Origin: Caldiserica bacterium UBA646
GTDB taxonomy: Bacteria; Caldisericota; Caldisericia; Caldisericales; Caldisericaceae
Assembly (NCBI GenBank): GCA_002299965.1
Contig: DBOM01000062.1
Coordinates: 16,279-80,278, forward strand
Direction of reading: 5' to 3'
DNA: 64,000 bases
The notes under the pieces: generated by a model
Seen by the model: the letters and a program-made list of their open reading frames with translations, nothing else
Databases searched by the model: none
Told to the model about the DNA's origin: nothing
Shown: positions 44,694-54,802 of the stretch, piece by piece
How positions within the stretch are numbered: position 1 is the first letter of the stretch
Layout: each line of letters opens with the position of its first letter
Made by a program: the position numbers and the translations under genes

Positions 44694-45602
44694 ATGGCAA
44701 AAAACACATACATAGACGGCGGAACAACTACTTCAGAAACCTACAGTTACTGGAGAAAAGTATTCCAGAGACTTAGAAAACATCACCTTGCGATGATAGC
44801 ACTCGTTATACTTGGGCTTTTAATTTTAGCAGTAATATTAGCAAAACCACTTTCATTTGGAAACGACCCTTACACATATATAAAGTCTGTTCCCTGGATT
44901 GCACGCCCGGAACTTGCACCTCCAGGACCCGGACATCCATTGGGATTAGATAACATGGCAAGAGATGCCTGGTCAAGAATGCTATATGGAGGGCGCGTTT
45001 CTCTCTCAGTAGGATTTATATGTAGCTTTGTAGGGGCATCAATAGGCCTATTTTTTGGACTAATATCAGGGTATTTTGGTGGCATAGCAGATATGCTTAT
45101 TATGCGTTTCACAGATTTTATGCTTTCCATCCCCGTTCTTCCTATAATGGTTGTTTTAGCTGCAGTAATTCGCGGATCGCTTGCTGCAATTATATTTATC
45201 ATTTCAGTTTTTAGCTGGATGGGTGTAGCAAGGCTGGTAAGAGGAGAGGTGCTTTCTTTAAAAGAACAGGAGTTTACAGAAGCAGCGAGAGCAATAGGAG
45301 AAAGCCCAGCAAGAATAATGTTTATACACCTTCTTCCCAACACAATGGCTCCTGTAATTGTTGCTTCCACTCTTTCAATTGCCGGTAACATCATTTATGA
45401 AGCAACGCTTTCTTTCTTAGGGTTAGGAATAAGACAACCTACTCCAAGCTGGGGCAACATGTTAAATGGAGCCCAAACCTTTATGCTTACTGCTCCCTGG
45501 CTTATGTGGTGGCCTGGAATTGCGATTTTGATAACCACACTTGCATTTAACTTTTTAGGTGACGGGCTGCGTGATGCATTAGACCCAAGGCTTTATAGGT
45601 AG
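44694..45602 (+). CDS. ABC transporter permease (OppC/DppC type)
   Basis: 302 aa with FTEAARAIGESPARIMFIHLLPN, ending in DALDPRL. Confidence 0.85.
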   Translation: MAKNTYIDGGTTTSETYSYWRKVFQRLRKHHLAMIALVILGLLILAVILAKPLSFGNDPYTYIKSVPWIARPELAPPGPGHPLGLDNMARDAWSRMLYGGRVSLSVGFICSFVGASIGLFFGLISGYFGGIADMLIMRFTDFMLSIPVLPIMVVLAAVIRGSLAAIIFIISVFSWMGVARLVRGEVLSLKEQEFTEAARAIGESPARIMFIHLLPNTMAPVIVASTLSIAGNIIYEATLSFLGLGIRQPTPSWGNMLNGAQTFMLTAPWLMWWPGIAILITTLAFNFLGDGLRDALDPRLYR

Positions 45603-45613
45603 GGGTGAAAAAA

Positions 45614-46612
45614 ATGGAAAAAGAACTTTTATTAGAAATAAAAGATTTAAAAACATACTTCTACACGGACGATGGAATAGTAAAAGCAGTTGATGGTATA
45701 AATCTAAAACTTCATAAAAGCGAAGTCTTGGGTCTTGTAGGAGAAAGCGGGTGCGGTAAAAGTGTAGCATCGCTTTCCGTTCTTAGGTTAGTAGATCAAC
45801 CCGGTAAAAATGCAGGGGGAGAAATACTATTTAAAGGAGAAGACCTTCTTAAAAAAAGTGAAGAAGAAATGAGAAAAATCAGAGGTTCAGAAATAGCAAT
45901 GATATTCCAGGAGCCAATGACCGCATTAAATCCCGTATATACTATCGGAAATCAGGTTATGGAAGCAATTCTTATACACCAGGATGTAAATGAAGAAGAA
46001 GCAAAGAAGAAAACAATAGAAATGCTTGAGCTTGTAGGCATCCCTGATCCAGAAAAACGATTCAACGAATATCCGCATGAGATGAGCGGCGGAATGAGAC
46101 AAAGGGCAATGATTGCTATGGCAATGTCTTGCAACCCAGATCTCCTTATCTCTGATGAAGCAACAACTGCACTGGACGTAACGATTCAAGCACAAATTCT
46201 GGAACTAATGAAAGATTTGCAGAAAAAAATTGACACAGCCATTCTTTTTATCACACATGACCTTGCCCTTGTTGCTGAAATGGCAGATACCGTCGCAGTA
46301 GCTTATATGGGAAAAATTGTAGAATACTCATCTGTAAAAAACATATTTAAAGATCCGAGACATCCTTACACATATGGGCTTCTAAAATCCATACCAAGCT
46401 TAATCAGTAAAAAAACAAAACAGCCACTACCTGCAATTGAAGGGATGATACCAAGTCCATACAGTATGCCAAAAGGATGCTATTTTCATCCAAGATGTCC
46501 ATTTGCAACAGATGAATGCAGAAAGAACATGCCGGAACTAAAAGAAATCAAACCAGGTCATCTAATAAGATGTTTCCATCCGATAGAAAACGACAAGGGG
46601 GTATCAAAATAA
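45614..46612 (+). CDS. ABC transporter ATP-binding protein (OppD/DppD type)
   Basis: The start is taken at ATG 45614, after AGGGGTG. Walker A GESGCGKS, signature MSGGMRQR, and a C-terminal oligopeptide-type Cys motif CYFHPRCP. Confidence 0.9.
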   Translation: MEKELLLEIKDLKTYFYTDDGIVKAVDGINLKLHKSEVLGLVGESGCGKSVASLSVLRLVDQPGKNAGGEILFKGEDLLKKSEEEMRKIRGSEIAMIFQEPMTALNPVYTIGNQVMEAILIHQDVNEEEAKKKTIEMLELVGIPDPEKRFNEYPHEMSGGMRQRAMIAMAMSCNPDLLISDEATTALDVTIQAQILELMKDLQKKIDTAILFITHDLALVAEMADTVAVAYMGKIVEYSSVKNIFKDPRHPYTYGLLKSIPSLISKKTKQPLPAIEGMIPSPYSMPKGCYFHPRCPFATDECRKNMPELKEIKPGHLIRCFHPIENDKGVSK

Positions 46613-47613
46613 TGAAAAAATCAATATTGGAAGTCAAAAATCTAAAAAAATACTTCCCTGTTGTAGGTGGTGTTTTTAGTAAGCCAATCGCCTGGGTAAA
46701 AGCTGTTGACGATGTATCGTTTAATATTTTCGAAGGAGAAACATTTTCTCTTGTAGGAGAAAGCGGTAGTGGTAAAACAACTACTGGAAAAACGATTTTG
46801 AAGTTAATTGAACCCACAGCCGGACAAATTATTGCAGAAGATATAGATATAACAAACTATTCCGCATCGGAAATGAGGCCATTAAGAAGAGACATGCAAA
46901 TCATCTTTCAAGATCCATATGGTTCGCTAAATCCTCGTCTTCCAGTTGGAGAAATTATTAGAGAACCATTGGTTGTGCATCGTGTAGGAAATAAAAAAGA
47001 ACAGGAAGAAAGAGTAGTAGAAGCAATGCAAGTTGTGGGACTACGCCCGGAATATTTGCGTAGATACCCACATGAATTTTCTGGAGGCCAGAGACAAAGA
47101 GTAGGTATAGCAAGGGCTATTGTGCTTAATCCAAAATTCATTGTTGCAGATGAACCAGTTTCAGCACTGGATGCATCCATTCAATCTCAAGTGCTGAACC
47201 TGTTAATGGATCTTCAGCAAAAACTTTCTCTCACATATTTATTTGTTGCGCACAATTTGGCTGTAGTAAGACATGTCTCCGATAGGATTGGGGTGATGTA
47301 TCTAGGCAAATTAATGGAAATTGCAGATACAATGGAACTCTTTAATAATCCTTTGCATCCATATACACAAGCTCTGCTCTCAGCCATACCAATTCCTGAC
47401 CCTGAAATTAAGAAGGAAAGAATTATCCTAGAGGGCGATATTCCTTCTCCAATAAATCCACCTTCAGGATGCGTATTCAGAACTCGCTGTATATATGCAC
47501 AGGATATCTGTGCAGAAAAAATGCCTCAATTAGTTGATATAGGAAGTGGTCACTTCACAGCCTGTCATTTTGTTAAAAAGGGCGGAAAGACAGAATTTAC
47601 AAAGAAATCTTAA
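46612..47613 (+). CDS. ABC transporter ATP-binding protein (OppF/DppF type)
   Basis: The start is taken at ATG 46612 (MKKSILEVKNL), which overlaps the oppD-type stop. Walker A GESGSGKT, signature FSGGQRQR, and CVFRTRC. Confidence 0.9.
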   Translation: MKKSILEVKNLKKYFPVVGGVFSKPIAWVKAVDDVSFNIFEGETFSLVGESGSGKTTTGKTILKLIEPTAGQIIAEDIDITNYSASEMRPLRRDMQIIFQDPYGSLNPRLPVGEIIREPLVVHRVGNKKEQEERVVEAMQVVGLRPEYLRRYPHEFSGGQRQRVGIARAIVLNPKFIVADEPVSALDASIQSQVLNLLMDLQQKLSLTYLFVAHNLAVVRHVSDRIGVMYLGKLMEIADTMELFNNPLHPYTQALLSAIPIPDPEIKKERIILEGDIPSPINPPSGCVFRTRCIYAQDICAEKMPQLVDIGSGHFTACHFVKKGGKTEFTKKS

Positions 47614-47634
47614 TTTCAAATTAATCATCATATA

Positions 47635-47673
47635 ATAGACCGGGTATATTGAAAATCCCGGTCTATTTTGTTT
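47635..47673 (+). terminator. Rho-independent terminator of the ABC operon
   Basis: ATAGACCGGG-12 nt-CCCGGTCTAT followed by TTTGTTT. Confidence 0.75.
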
Positions 47674-47753
47674 ATATAAAAATATATGAAATTACAAAAG
47701 AAATGATATAATTCTGAAAAAGGAGGATAAATATTTCACATAAATATAACAAC

Positions 47754-48491
47754 ATGAAATATGGAATTATTTCAGATATACATAGCAATGTGGAAGCCCT
47801 TAACGCCGCGATCAGCAAAATGGAAGATAAGGGCGTTGAATCAATCATATGTTGTGGAGACATTGTAGGATACGGGCCTGACCCTGAAGAATGCATAACA
47901 ATCTTTAAAGAACTCCCCATTCATTCAGTTATAGGAAATCATGATTATGCCATAAATTGTATAAACGAAGAACAATCTTTTAATACCTATGCACGCCTTG
48001 CTATCAGATGGACAAGAAAAAAACTTTCTAAAAATTCAAAAACTTTTCTTAAAAATCTTCCCTTTTTTTCGGAGCAAGAAAATTTTACTATTTTCCATGG
48101 AACATTTGATGAGAAAAATCCTTTTAAATATCTAATAACCGCACAAGACGCAGTAAAAAACTTTACAGACATCAAAACCAAGATTGGATTTTTCGGTCAT
48201 TCCCATGTTGCAGGCTATTTTATACAAACTAAAAACAAAAAAATAAATTATTATTCTTGTATAGAAGGCTGCAAGTTAACACTTCAAAAAGACAACCAAT
48301 ACCTCATTAATGTCGGGAGCGTAGGTCAACCAAGAGATGGAAATCCTGAAGCTGCCTTTGCAATCTATGATACTTCCGGTAACACTATAGAAATTGTACG
48401 TTTCCAATATGACATAGAATCAGTTTATAAAAAAATAATTAAAGCTCACCTCCCAAACTTTTTAGGAGATAGATTGTTTAGCGGGGTTTAG
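47754..48491 (+). CDS. Metallophosphoesterase (calcineurin-like, YfcE/ApaH-type)
   Basis: Motifs ISDIHSN, CCGDIVGYGP, GNHD and GHSH are present in the right order. Confidence 0.8.
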   Translation: MKYGIISDIHSNVEALNAAISKMEDKGVESIICCGDIVGYGPDPEECITIFKELPIHSVIGNHDYAINCINEEQSFNTYARLAIRWTRKKLSKNSKTFLKNLPFFSEQENFTIFHGTFDEKNPFKYLITAQDAVKNFTDIKTKIGFFGHSHVAGYFIQTKNKKINYYSCIEGCKLTLQKDNQYLINVGSVGQPRDGNPEAAFAIYDTSGNTIEIVRFQYDIESVYKKIIKAHLPNFLGDRLFSGV

Positions 48492-49539
48492 ATTTTTTCT
48501 TTTTAGAAAGATTGATCCAGGTCGTTATCCCACCAAAAATAATTAGCAAATAATGAGAGAATACCCTCCAAACAATGACAAACACACCAATAAGCGGCTG
48601 TGGAATAAGCCCTGCAAATAGAGCCAAAATTCCTATCTCTGCAGTGCCACTCCCGCCCGGTGTAGGTATATAAGCCGAAGCAATAAAAAAAATGAGAGCT
48701 GTAATAACAATTTGTGGCCACGGAGACTGCACGCCTAATCCCCTGAGAAGAATCACGGGAGTAAACAACACCAAACCCCAGGCTACAAAGCTTAATATAA
48801 AAGCATGCAATATATACACTTTTCGCGATTTGAACATTTTGTTGCGTGCTGTTTCAAAATCCATAACTATCTTTCTCATCTGCTCTATGGAACTTTCCAG
48901 TTTCGCTTTCGGAATGATCCTTCTAAAAAACTTTTTCCTTGATAAACCTTCTATCCATTTTTCAACGACATGCGGTTTAAATATAGAAAAAACAAAAAAT
49001 AAAAAAAATATTAAAGTAAGGATTATTCCTATGTTTATCAAATTATTAGTTGTCTCAGAAAGATGCCATTGTGTTTTTGTAAGAGCAATCCACATAGGAA
49101 GAAGTGCAAAAACAGAAAGTCGTGTAAACGTTCCAATAAATGTTTTAATAGCAACAATGGCCGTAGAATCCCCTGGTTTTACCGCATTATCTCGCGAAAG
49201 TAAGAATATCTGAAACGGTTCTCCTCCCCCTCCAGCAAAAGGAGTAATGCGAGAAAAAAACCCTCCTATGAGAAATATATTCAAACAATCCTTAAATACT
49301 ATCTTATACTCAAGTGCATTTGCGATAATTTTTATCACGTATGCTTCGATAATCCAATCAAAAAACATTAAAGAAAAAGCAAAAACAAGATAGGAAACTT
49401 TAAACGATTTTATCATTGAAATAAAATCCCAATTATGCGTAATAATTGAAACAAATATAATGCCTACAATACCTGCAAGAATTGCATAGATCGTTTCTTT
49501 TACTAGCTGTTTACCGCTAATTTTTTTCTCTTCGTTCAT
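48478..49539 (-). CDS. Flippase-like / LPG-synthase-TM (UPF0104) family membrane protein
   Basis: 353-aa polytopic protein with the characteristic PTPGGSGTAE motif near the C-terminus. Confidence 0.65.
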   Translation of the reverse strand: MNEEKKISGKQLVKETIYAILAGIVGIIFVSIITHNWDFISMIKSFKVSYLVFAFSLMFFDWIIEAYVIKIIANALEYKIVFKDCLNIFLIGGFFSRITPFAGGGGEPFQIFLLSRDNAVKPGDSTAIVAIKTFIGTFTRLSVFALLPMWIALTKTQWHLSETTNNLINIGIILTLIFFLFFVFSIFKPHVVEKWIEGLSRKKFFRRIIPKAKLESSIEQMRKIVMDFETARNKMFKSRKVYILHAFILSFVAWGLVLFTPVILLRGLGVQSPWPQIVITALIFFIASAYIPTPGGSGTAEIGILALFAGLIPQPLIGVFVIVWRVFSHYLLIIFGGITTWINLSKKKKSKPR

Positions 49540-50713
49540 CCTTTTTTATTTGCTCCCAAATTTTATCAAGTTGCTCATCCGAAAACTTCTCTATTTTATT
49601 ATCTGTTTTTTCTCTAATTTTTTCAAATCTTTCCCTAAATTTTTCCATGGAAAGAAATAAAGCATGTGCAGGATCCACATCCGAAAACCTGGAAAGGTTT
49701 ACCACAGAAAAAAGAAGATCCCCTATTTCACTGGCCGGGTCCTTCCCTTGCTCAATCTCTGTTTTAACCTCATCCAACTCTTCCTTCACTTTCTGTATAA
49801 TTTGATCGATGTGAGAAAAGTCAAATCCACGTTTCCGCGCTTCATCCTGTATATCAAATGCAGTAATTAAACCTGCAAGTACTTTAGCTATATCCACGGA
49901 ACGACCATTTTTCTCTGTCTTTTTAATCGCTTCCCACTGTTTTAATACTTCACCGCTTTGCTTTACACTGCTCTCACCAAATACATGTGGGTGTCTCCTA
50001 TACATCTTATCGAAAAGTCCATCTAAAACTTCATCCAAACTAAACTTTCCTTCTTCTTCCCCGATTACGCTATGTAAAAGAATTTGAAGCAGCACATCCC
50101 CTAATTCCTCTGTTATAGAGAAAAATGACTCTTTTTTTATTGCCTGCACAAGCTCTAACGGCTCCTCTATAAGTTCAGGAATAAGCGATTTATGCGTCTG
50201 CTCTCTATCCCACGGACACAGCTTTCGCAACATTTGGACCTGCATATCTGTCTCATAAAACTTTGTCATTCTTTTATTTAAGTAAAATAGTTTTATATGA
50301 TCTGCCATATTGTACATAAAATCCTTCTGTTCATCTGTCCAGTTTAATATAACTCTACTCTCCACCGTTTTAATGGCGTCGACAACTTTTTCCCCACTGT
50401 ATACCAAATAGAGAGCAGCCAACACAGATGCTGAAGGCAAATCGTTTTCATAATAAATAACAAACGGAAACCTTATTCGTTTCAAAAATCCAGAGTAAAG
50501 AAAAAATTCTCTTAATTCAATTAGACCGGATTGTAAAAAAATATCAGCAGAAAAACATTTATGCTCCATGTTGCAAGGAATCCATTTTTTAGGTATAGGT
50601 TCATTTGCAAGAAAAATGATTGCCTTAACTCCTTCTTCCTGTACATCTTTCATCTTATTTTTTAAAGGCGCCGAATCTACAGCAACCTCGTTTTTAATAA
50701 TCCAATTTAGCAT
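49517..50713 (-). CDS. mazG: MazG nucleoside triphosphate pyrophosphohydrolase (tandem MazG domains) with an extra ~150-aa N-terminal domain
   Basis: The MazG core has LRKLCPWDREQTHKSL, EELGDVLLQIL and RRHPHVFG, plus a second EIGDLLF repeat. The N-terminal domain resembles a dual-specificity phosphatase fold without the Cys/Arg loop. Confidence 0.8.
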   Translation of the reverse strand: MLNWIIKNEVAVDSAPLKNKMKDVQEEGVKAIIFLANEPIPKKWIPCNMEHKCFSADIFLQSGLIELREFFLYSGFLKRIRFPFVIYYENDLPSASVLAALYLVYSGEKVVDAIKTVESRVILNWTDEQKDFMYNMADHIKLFYLNKRMTKFYETDMQVQMLRKLCPWDREQTHKSLIPELIEEPLELVQAIKKESFFSITEELGDVLLQILLHSVIGEEEGKFSLDEVLDGLFDKMYRRHPHVFGESSVKQSGEVLKQWEAIKKTEKNGRSVDIAKVLAGLITAFDIQDEARKRGFDFSHIDQIIQKVKEELDEVKTEIEQGKDPASEIGDLLFSVVNLSRFSDVDPAHALFLSMEKFRERFEKIREKTDNKIEKFSDEQLDKIWEQIKKDERREKN

Positions 50714-53700
50714 AATTTCTTTCCCCTCTAAGTATATTTAACGCATTCAACACTTCTACAATTATATCTTTCCCCGTCTCAAAAGAAAGGTAATCTTCTC
50801 CAAATCTCGCTTTTTTATCTTTTTCAAGAAATAGCTCAACCTTTTCCAGAGAAAGAGTATTCTTTTTATCTATGCTGAAGAATACCCTCTTCCCTTCCTG
50901 GAATATTTCCTTTATACCTATATCACGTGCATCAGCTTCTATAATACCTATTTTCAATAAATTTTCCACCTCAAGAGGAATTTTCCCAAACCTATCAACA
51001 ATCTCCTCTCTAATATTGTTAATTTCCAATGAATCTTTTGCTCCAGTAATTCTTCTATAGTAATCCATTCTTTCGCTATTTACTGAAATATATCTAGAAG
51101 GAATATAGTATTTATCCTTCAATCGTACTAAAACATCTTTTGTTTCAACTATTTTTTTACCCTTAAGCTCTGCTACTGCTTCATCAAGTAAATTCACATA
51201 CATATTATAACCAACAGATACAATGTGGCCATGTTGTTCTTTTCCGAGCATATTTCCCGCTCCTCTTATCTCGAGGTCTTTCATGGCAATTTTTATTCCT
51301 GCTCCTTTACCTTCAAATTCCTTTATCGTTTCCAACCGTTCTTCCGCGATAGCTTTTAAGCTTTTATTTTTCGTAAAAAAGAAATATGCAAATGCATTAA
51401 TATGAGACCGTCCTATTCTTCCTCTTAATTGATACATCTGTGAAAGCCCAAAATTCTCAGCGGTATCTACAATTAATGTGTTCACTGTAGGTATGTCGAG
51501 TCCATTTTCTATAATTGTCGTAGAAACAAGTACATCCAATTTTCCTTGATAAAATAAAAGCATGTCCTGCTCAATATCCTCTTTGTCCATCTTTCCATGC
51601 ACAACGCTAATTCTTGCTCCAGAATCTTTTAATAAACTCTTTAACTTCTCAGTAAACTCATATATATCTTCAATTTTATTGTGAACAAAAAACACCTGCC
51701 CTTTTCTATTTAGCTCAAACTGAATCGCTTTCACAATAACTTCCCAATTTAAAGGCATCACAAATGTTTTTATAGGAAATCTTCCCATAGGTGGAGTATT
51801 GATGAGCGAGATGGATCTCAGATTGATCAAAGAAGAATGCAATGTACGTGGAATTGGCGTTGCAGTAAGAGTAAGAATATCGATGTTTGCACAAAGCTCT
51901 TTAATCTTTTCCTTGTCTCGGACGCCAAATTTTTGCTCTTCATCGATAATAAGCAAACCTAAATTTTTAAACTTTACATCTTTTGATAAAATTCGATGCG
52001 TCCCAATTAATATATCCATGGTTCCTTCTTTTAATTTTTTCAATATCGTTCTCGCATTTTCTTTAGACGTGAAACGTGAAAGTACATCAATTTCAACTGG
52101 GAAAAGATGAAGCCGTTCGCTAAAAATTCTCCCATGTTGCATGGCAAGAATTGTAGTTGGTACAAGCACTACCACTTGTTTCCCATTCATTACAGCCCTA
52201 AAAGCTGCTCTTATTGCAATTTCAGTTTTACCATAGCCAACATCACCGCATACTAACCTATCCATTGGCTCATCTGTTTCCATATCTAACATCACTTCTT
52301 CTAATGCCACCTCTTGGCCATCTGTTAATTCGTAAGGAAAAGAAAGATCCAAAATTTTCTCTTCCTCCCTAAGGGGTTTAAATGAAAATCCACTCTTCAA
52401 GGCCCTTTCAGCCTGCACATGTAAAAGTTTTCTTGCAAGTTCTTGTGCATTTTCTTTTGCTTTCTCTTTTATATTTCCCCATTCTCTACCATGGAGTTTA
52501 TTTAGTGAAATGATTCTTCTATCCCCTATATACCTTTCTACGAAGCCTATCCTTTCCATTGGAACATATAATTTTTCACCATCTCTATACTCTATAAGAA
52601 GATATTCGCTTTCACTGTCTTCCATTTTAAGTTTTACAAGTCCTTTGAATATCCCTATGCCGAAATCTTTATGGACAACATAATTGCCTGCTTCTAATTC
52701 TTCAATACTCGCGATTCTTTCGCTAAACAATAATTTTTTCGAAGGTTTGTGTATTTTATAATGCGGAAACAATTCTTTGTCAGTCAAAACTAAAACTTTT
52801 TCGGTTTCTACTCCTTGCTCCATATATCCATCTATTAGTTGTAGTTTTTGTGCCTTAGATGACGAAATTTCATAAATATCAAATAATTCCTTTACCCGCT
52901 CGTATTCCTCGGTAATAATAATTATGTTTTTTTCGTTAAGATAATTCAAGATAAAATCTTTAAAAGAAGAAAGTGCAAGAAAATTTTCTGGGAAAGGTTT
53001 TATAGGTAATTCAATATATTTTTCGGAATCAGAAAACTTACTTAAATACACAATTTTCCCCTTTTCTATCTCTTCTAAACCTTCCCAAATAATATCTATA
53101 GAAAAAGGGATGATTTCACCTGTGTCCACACTCTTCTCATATACTTCTTTTGTTTCTCTTACAAAGTTTTTAGTATCAATTGTTTTGTAAATTATTTTTG
53201 TGAAACAATTAATCTCATCGATAAGAGACGGGTATGAGACAACACCTTTGTTTAAAAAAAATTGAAAGTAATAGTTGATTCCTATCGTATCACCTGCCCT
53301 TAAAGCAGTAAAATCTTCCATCACTGAATCCTTTAAGTATTCATTTTTCTTATTTCTCAAGCACAATTTCACTCGTTCGAAAGCCTTCTTCCATAATTCT
53401 TCCGGGAAAAGAAAATAATTAATAGGATAAACTTTGGTGGAGGAAAGAACGCTTTCGGACCGCCTTGTCTCTATGTTAAAAAATTTTAGTACTTCTATTT
53501 CGTCTTCTTCTCCATAAAGCACCCGAATGGGCTTTTCATGAGTAAACGTATAGATATCAACAATATTGCCTTTTATCGAAAATTCGCCACGTTCTGCCAC
53601 TTCTAATGTTCGTTTGTAACCAAATTTACTAAGAGTATGAGAAAGTTTACTAATACTCACTTTTTCATTTTTTTTAATAAAAAGTTCTTTAACATATTTC

Positions 53701-54053
53701 TCAGTAAGCACGGGATCAAACAGAGCTTTTAAAGAAGAGATAATAATTTTCCTCCCCTCTTTTTTGTAAAATGAATTAAGAAATTCAATCTTCTTGACAA
53801 TTCTGTCTTCACTTACAAAACCGTTTTCGAATGGATGCAACCCAAATTCGGGATTTAGTAAACCACTAGGGACAATGCGCTTAAGTAGTTTCGCATCTTC
53901 AAAATCTCTTGTGACAATAACAATGTTGTCGTCCTTTAGTTCATTGGCAATTGCTTTTATTAATATACCAAAATCTGGTGAAATGAAAATTTTTTCTTTG
54001 TCTAAAGTTTGAATTATCCTTTCGGGATCTTCAAACAGATCTTCAAATTTCAT
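50694..54053 (-). CDS. mfd: Transcription-repair coupling factor
   Basis: 1119 aa. It has a CarD-like segment, helicase motifs GDVGYGKTEIA and DEEQKFGV, and the TRG region QLRGRIGR. pth-mfd adjacency is present. Confidence 0.95.
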   Translation of the reverse strand: MKFEDLFEDPERIIQTLDKEKIFISPDFGILIKAIANELKDDNIVIVTRDFEDAKLLKRIVPSGLLNPEFGLHPFENGFVSEDRIVKKIEFLNSFYKKEGRKIIISSLKALFDPVLTEKYVKELFIKKNEKVSISKLSHTLSKFGYKRTLEVAERGEFSIKGNIVDIYTFTHEKPIRVLYGEEDEIEVLKFFNIETRRSESVLSSTKVYPINYFLFPEELWKKAFERVKLCLRNKKNEYLKDSVMEDFTALRAGDTIGINYYFQFFLNKGVVSYPSLIDEINCFTKIIYKTIDTKNFVRETKEVYEKSVDTGEIIPFSIDIIWEGLEEIEKGKIVYLSKFSDSEKYIELPIKPFPENFLALSSFKDFILNYLNEKNIIIITEEYERVKELFDIYEISSSKAQKLQLIDGYMEQGVETEKVLVLTDKELFPHYKIHKPSKKLLFSERIASIEELEAGNYVVHKDFGIGIFKGLVKLKMEDSESEYLLIEYRDGEKLYVPMERIGFVERYIGDRRIISLNKLHGREWGNIKEKAKENAQELARKLLHVQAERALKSGFSFKPLREEEKILDLSFPYELTDGQEVALEEVMLDMETDEPMDRLVCGDVGYGKTEIAIRAAFRAVMNGKQVVVLVPTTILAMQHGRIFSERLHLFPVEIDVLSRFTSKENARTILKKLKEGTMDILIGTHRILSKDVKFKNLGLLIIDEEQKFGVRDKEKIKELCANIDILTLTATPIPRTLHSSLINLRSISLINTPPMGRFPIKTFVMPLNWEVIVKAIQFELNRKGQVFFVHNKIEDIYEFTEKLKSLLKDSGARISVVHGKMDKEDIEQDMLLFYQGKLDVLVSTTIIENGLDIPTVNTLIVDTAENFGLSQMYQLRGRIGRSHINAFAYFFFTKNKSLKAIAEERLETIKEFEGKGAGIKIAMKDLEIRGAGNMLGKEQHGHIVSVGYNMYVNLLDEAVAELKGKKIVETKDVLVRLKDKYYIPSRYISVNSERMDYYRRITGAKDSLEINNIREEIVDRFGKIPLEVENLLKIGIIEADARDIGIKEIFQEGKRVFFSIDKKNTLSLEKVELFLEKDKKARFGEDYLSFETGKDIIVEVLNALNILRGERNYAKLDY

Positions 54054-54619
54054 CTATTATAAACTGTTTGTGCCTTCTCAATGCCTTCAAAAATAATCAA
54101 TTCAATTGCTTCCGTAACATCGTTTATAACTTGACCCATTATGACTTTTTCCTCTGGACTGAACTGGGAAAGCACATAATCTACTGTCCCCGTTTTTGCC
54201 AGAGGTCTTCCTATTCCCACCTTGATTCTGATAAAATCTGACTCGACAAGCGAAAGAACAGAAGTAATGCCTCTATGGCCACCAGCCCCTCCACCCATTT
54301 TTATTTTAAACTTCCCAACCGGAATATCAAGATCGTCATGAATAATAATAAGATTAGAGGCAGGAATCATCAAATCGTCAATAAATGGTTTTACAGCCCT
54401 TCCTGAAAGGTTCACATATGTAATGGGCTTCACCAATACAACTGCTTCCTTGTTTCTCCCCCGTTTAACTGTTCCTTTGCCATAAAACGAAAAATATTTC
54501 ACCTTTTTGAGTGCAACTTTCCACTTGAATGCCAAAGCATCAATCACCATAAAACCAGTATTATGCCTAGTATCTTTATATTCTTCTCCAACATTCCCAA
54601 GTCCAATTATTCCATACAT
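54050..54619 (-). CDS. pth: Peptidyl-tRNA hydrolase
   Basis: The start is taken at ATG 54619 (GGTGAG 7 nt upstream) rather than TTG 54634. It has GLGNVGEEYKDTRHNTGF and a GGHRG-type motif. Confidence 0.93.
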   Translation of the reverse strand: MYGIIGLGNVGEEYKDTRHNTGFMVIDALAFKWKVALKKVKYFSFYGKGTVKRGRNKEAVVLVKPITYVNLSGRAVKPFIDDLMIPASNLIIIHDDLDIPVGKFKIKMGGGAGGHRGITSVLSLVESDFIRIKVGIGRPLAKTGTVDYVLSQFSPEEKVIMGQVINDVTEAIELIIFEGIEKAQTVYNR

Positions 54620-54802
54620 ATCATATCTCACCAAGTAATCATTTTAAATGATTAGCCATTTATTGCAAGAAGATAAAAAAATAGTAAAATGTTAGAAAAG
54701 GAGGATTACTGGGGATTCATATACTTTCTGCCTGTAAATAGTTTTTGTTTGCTCAACAGGAGCCCAAAATATTATCAACACGAATTCCGCAACAAATAAA
54801 AA

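Noticed and set aside
46516-46611. N-terminal 32-codon extension of the second ABC ATPase ORF.
   Set aside because: It overlaps the end of the preceding ATPase gene in another frame. ATG 46612 (MKKSILEVKNL) is the conventional ABC start and is coupled to the upstream stop.
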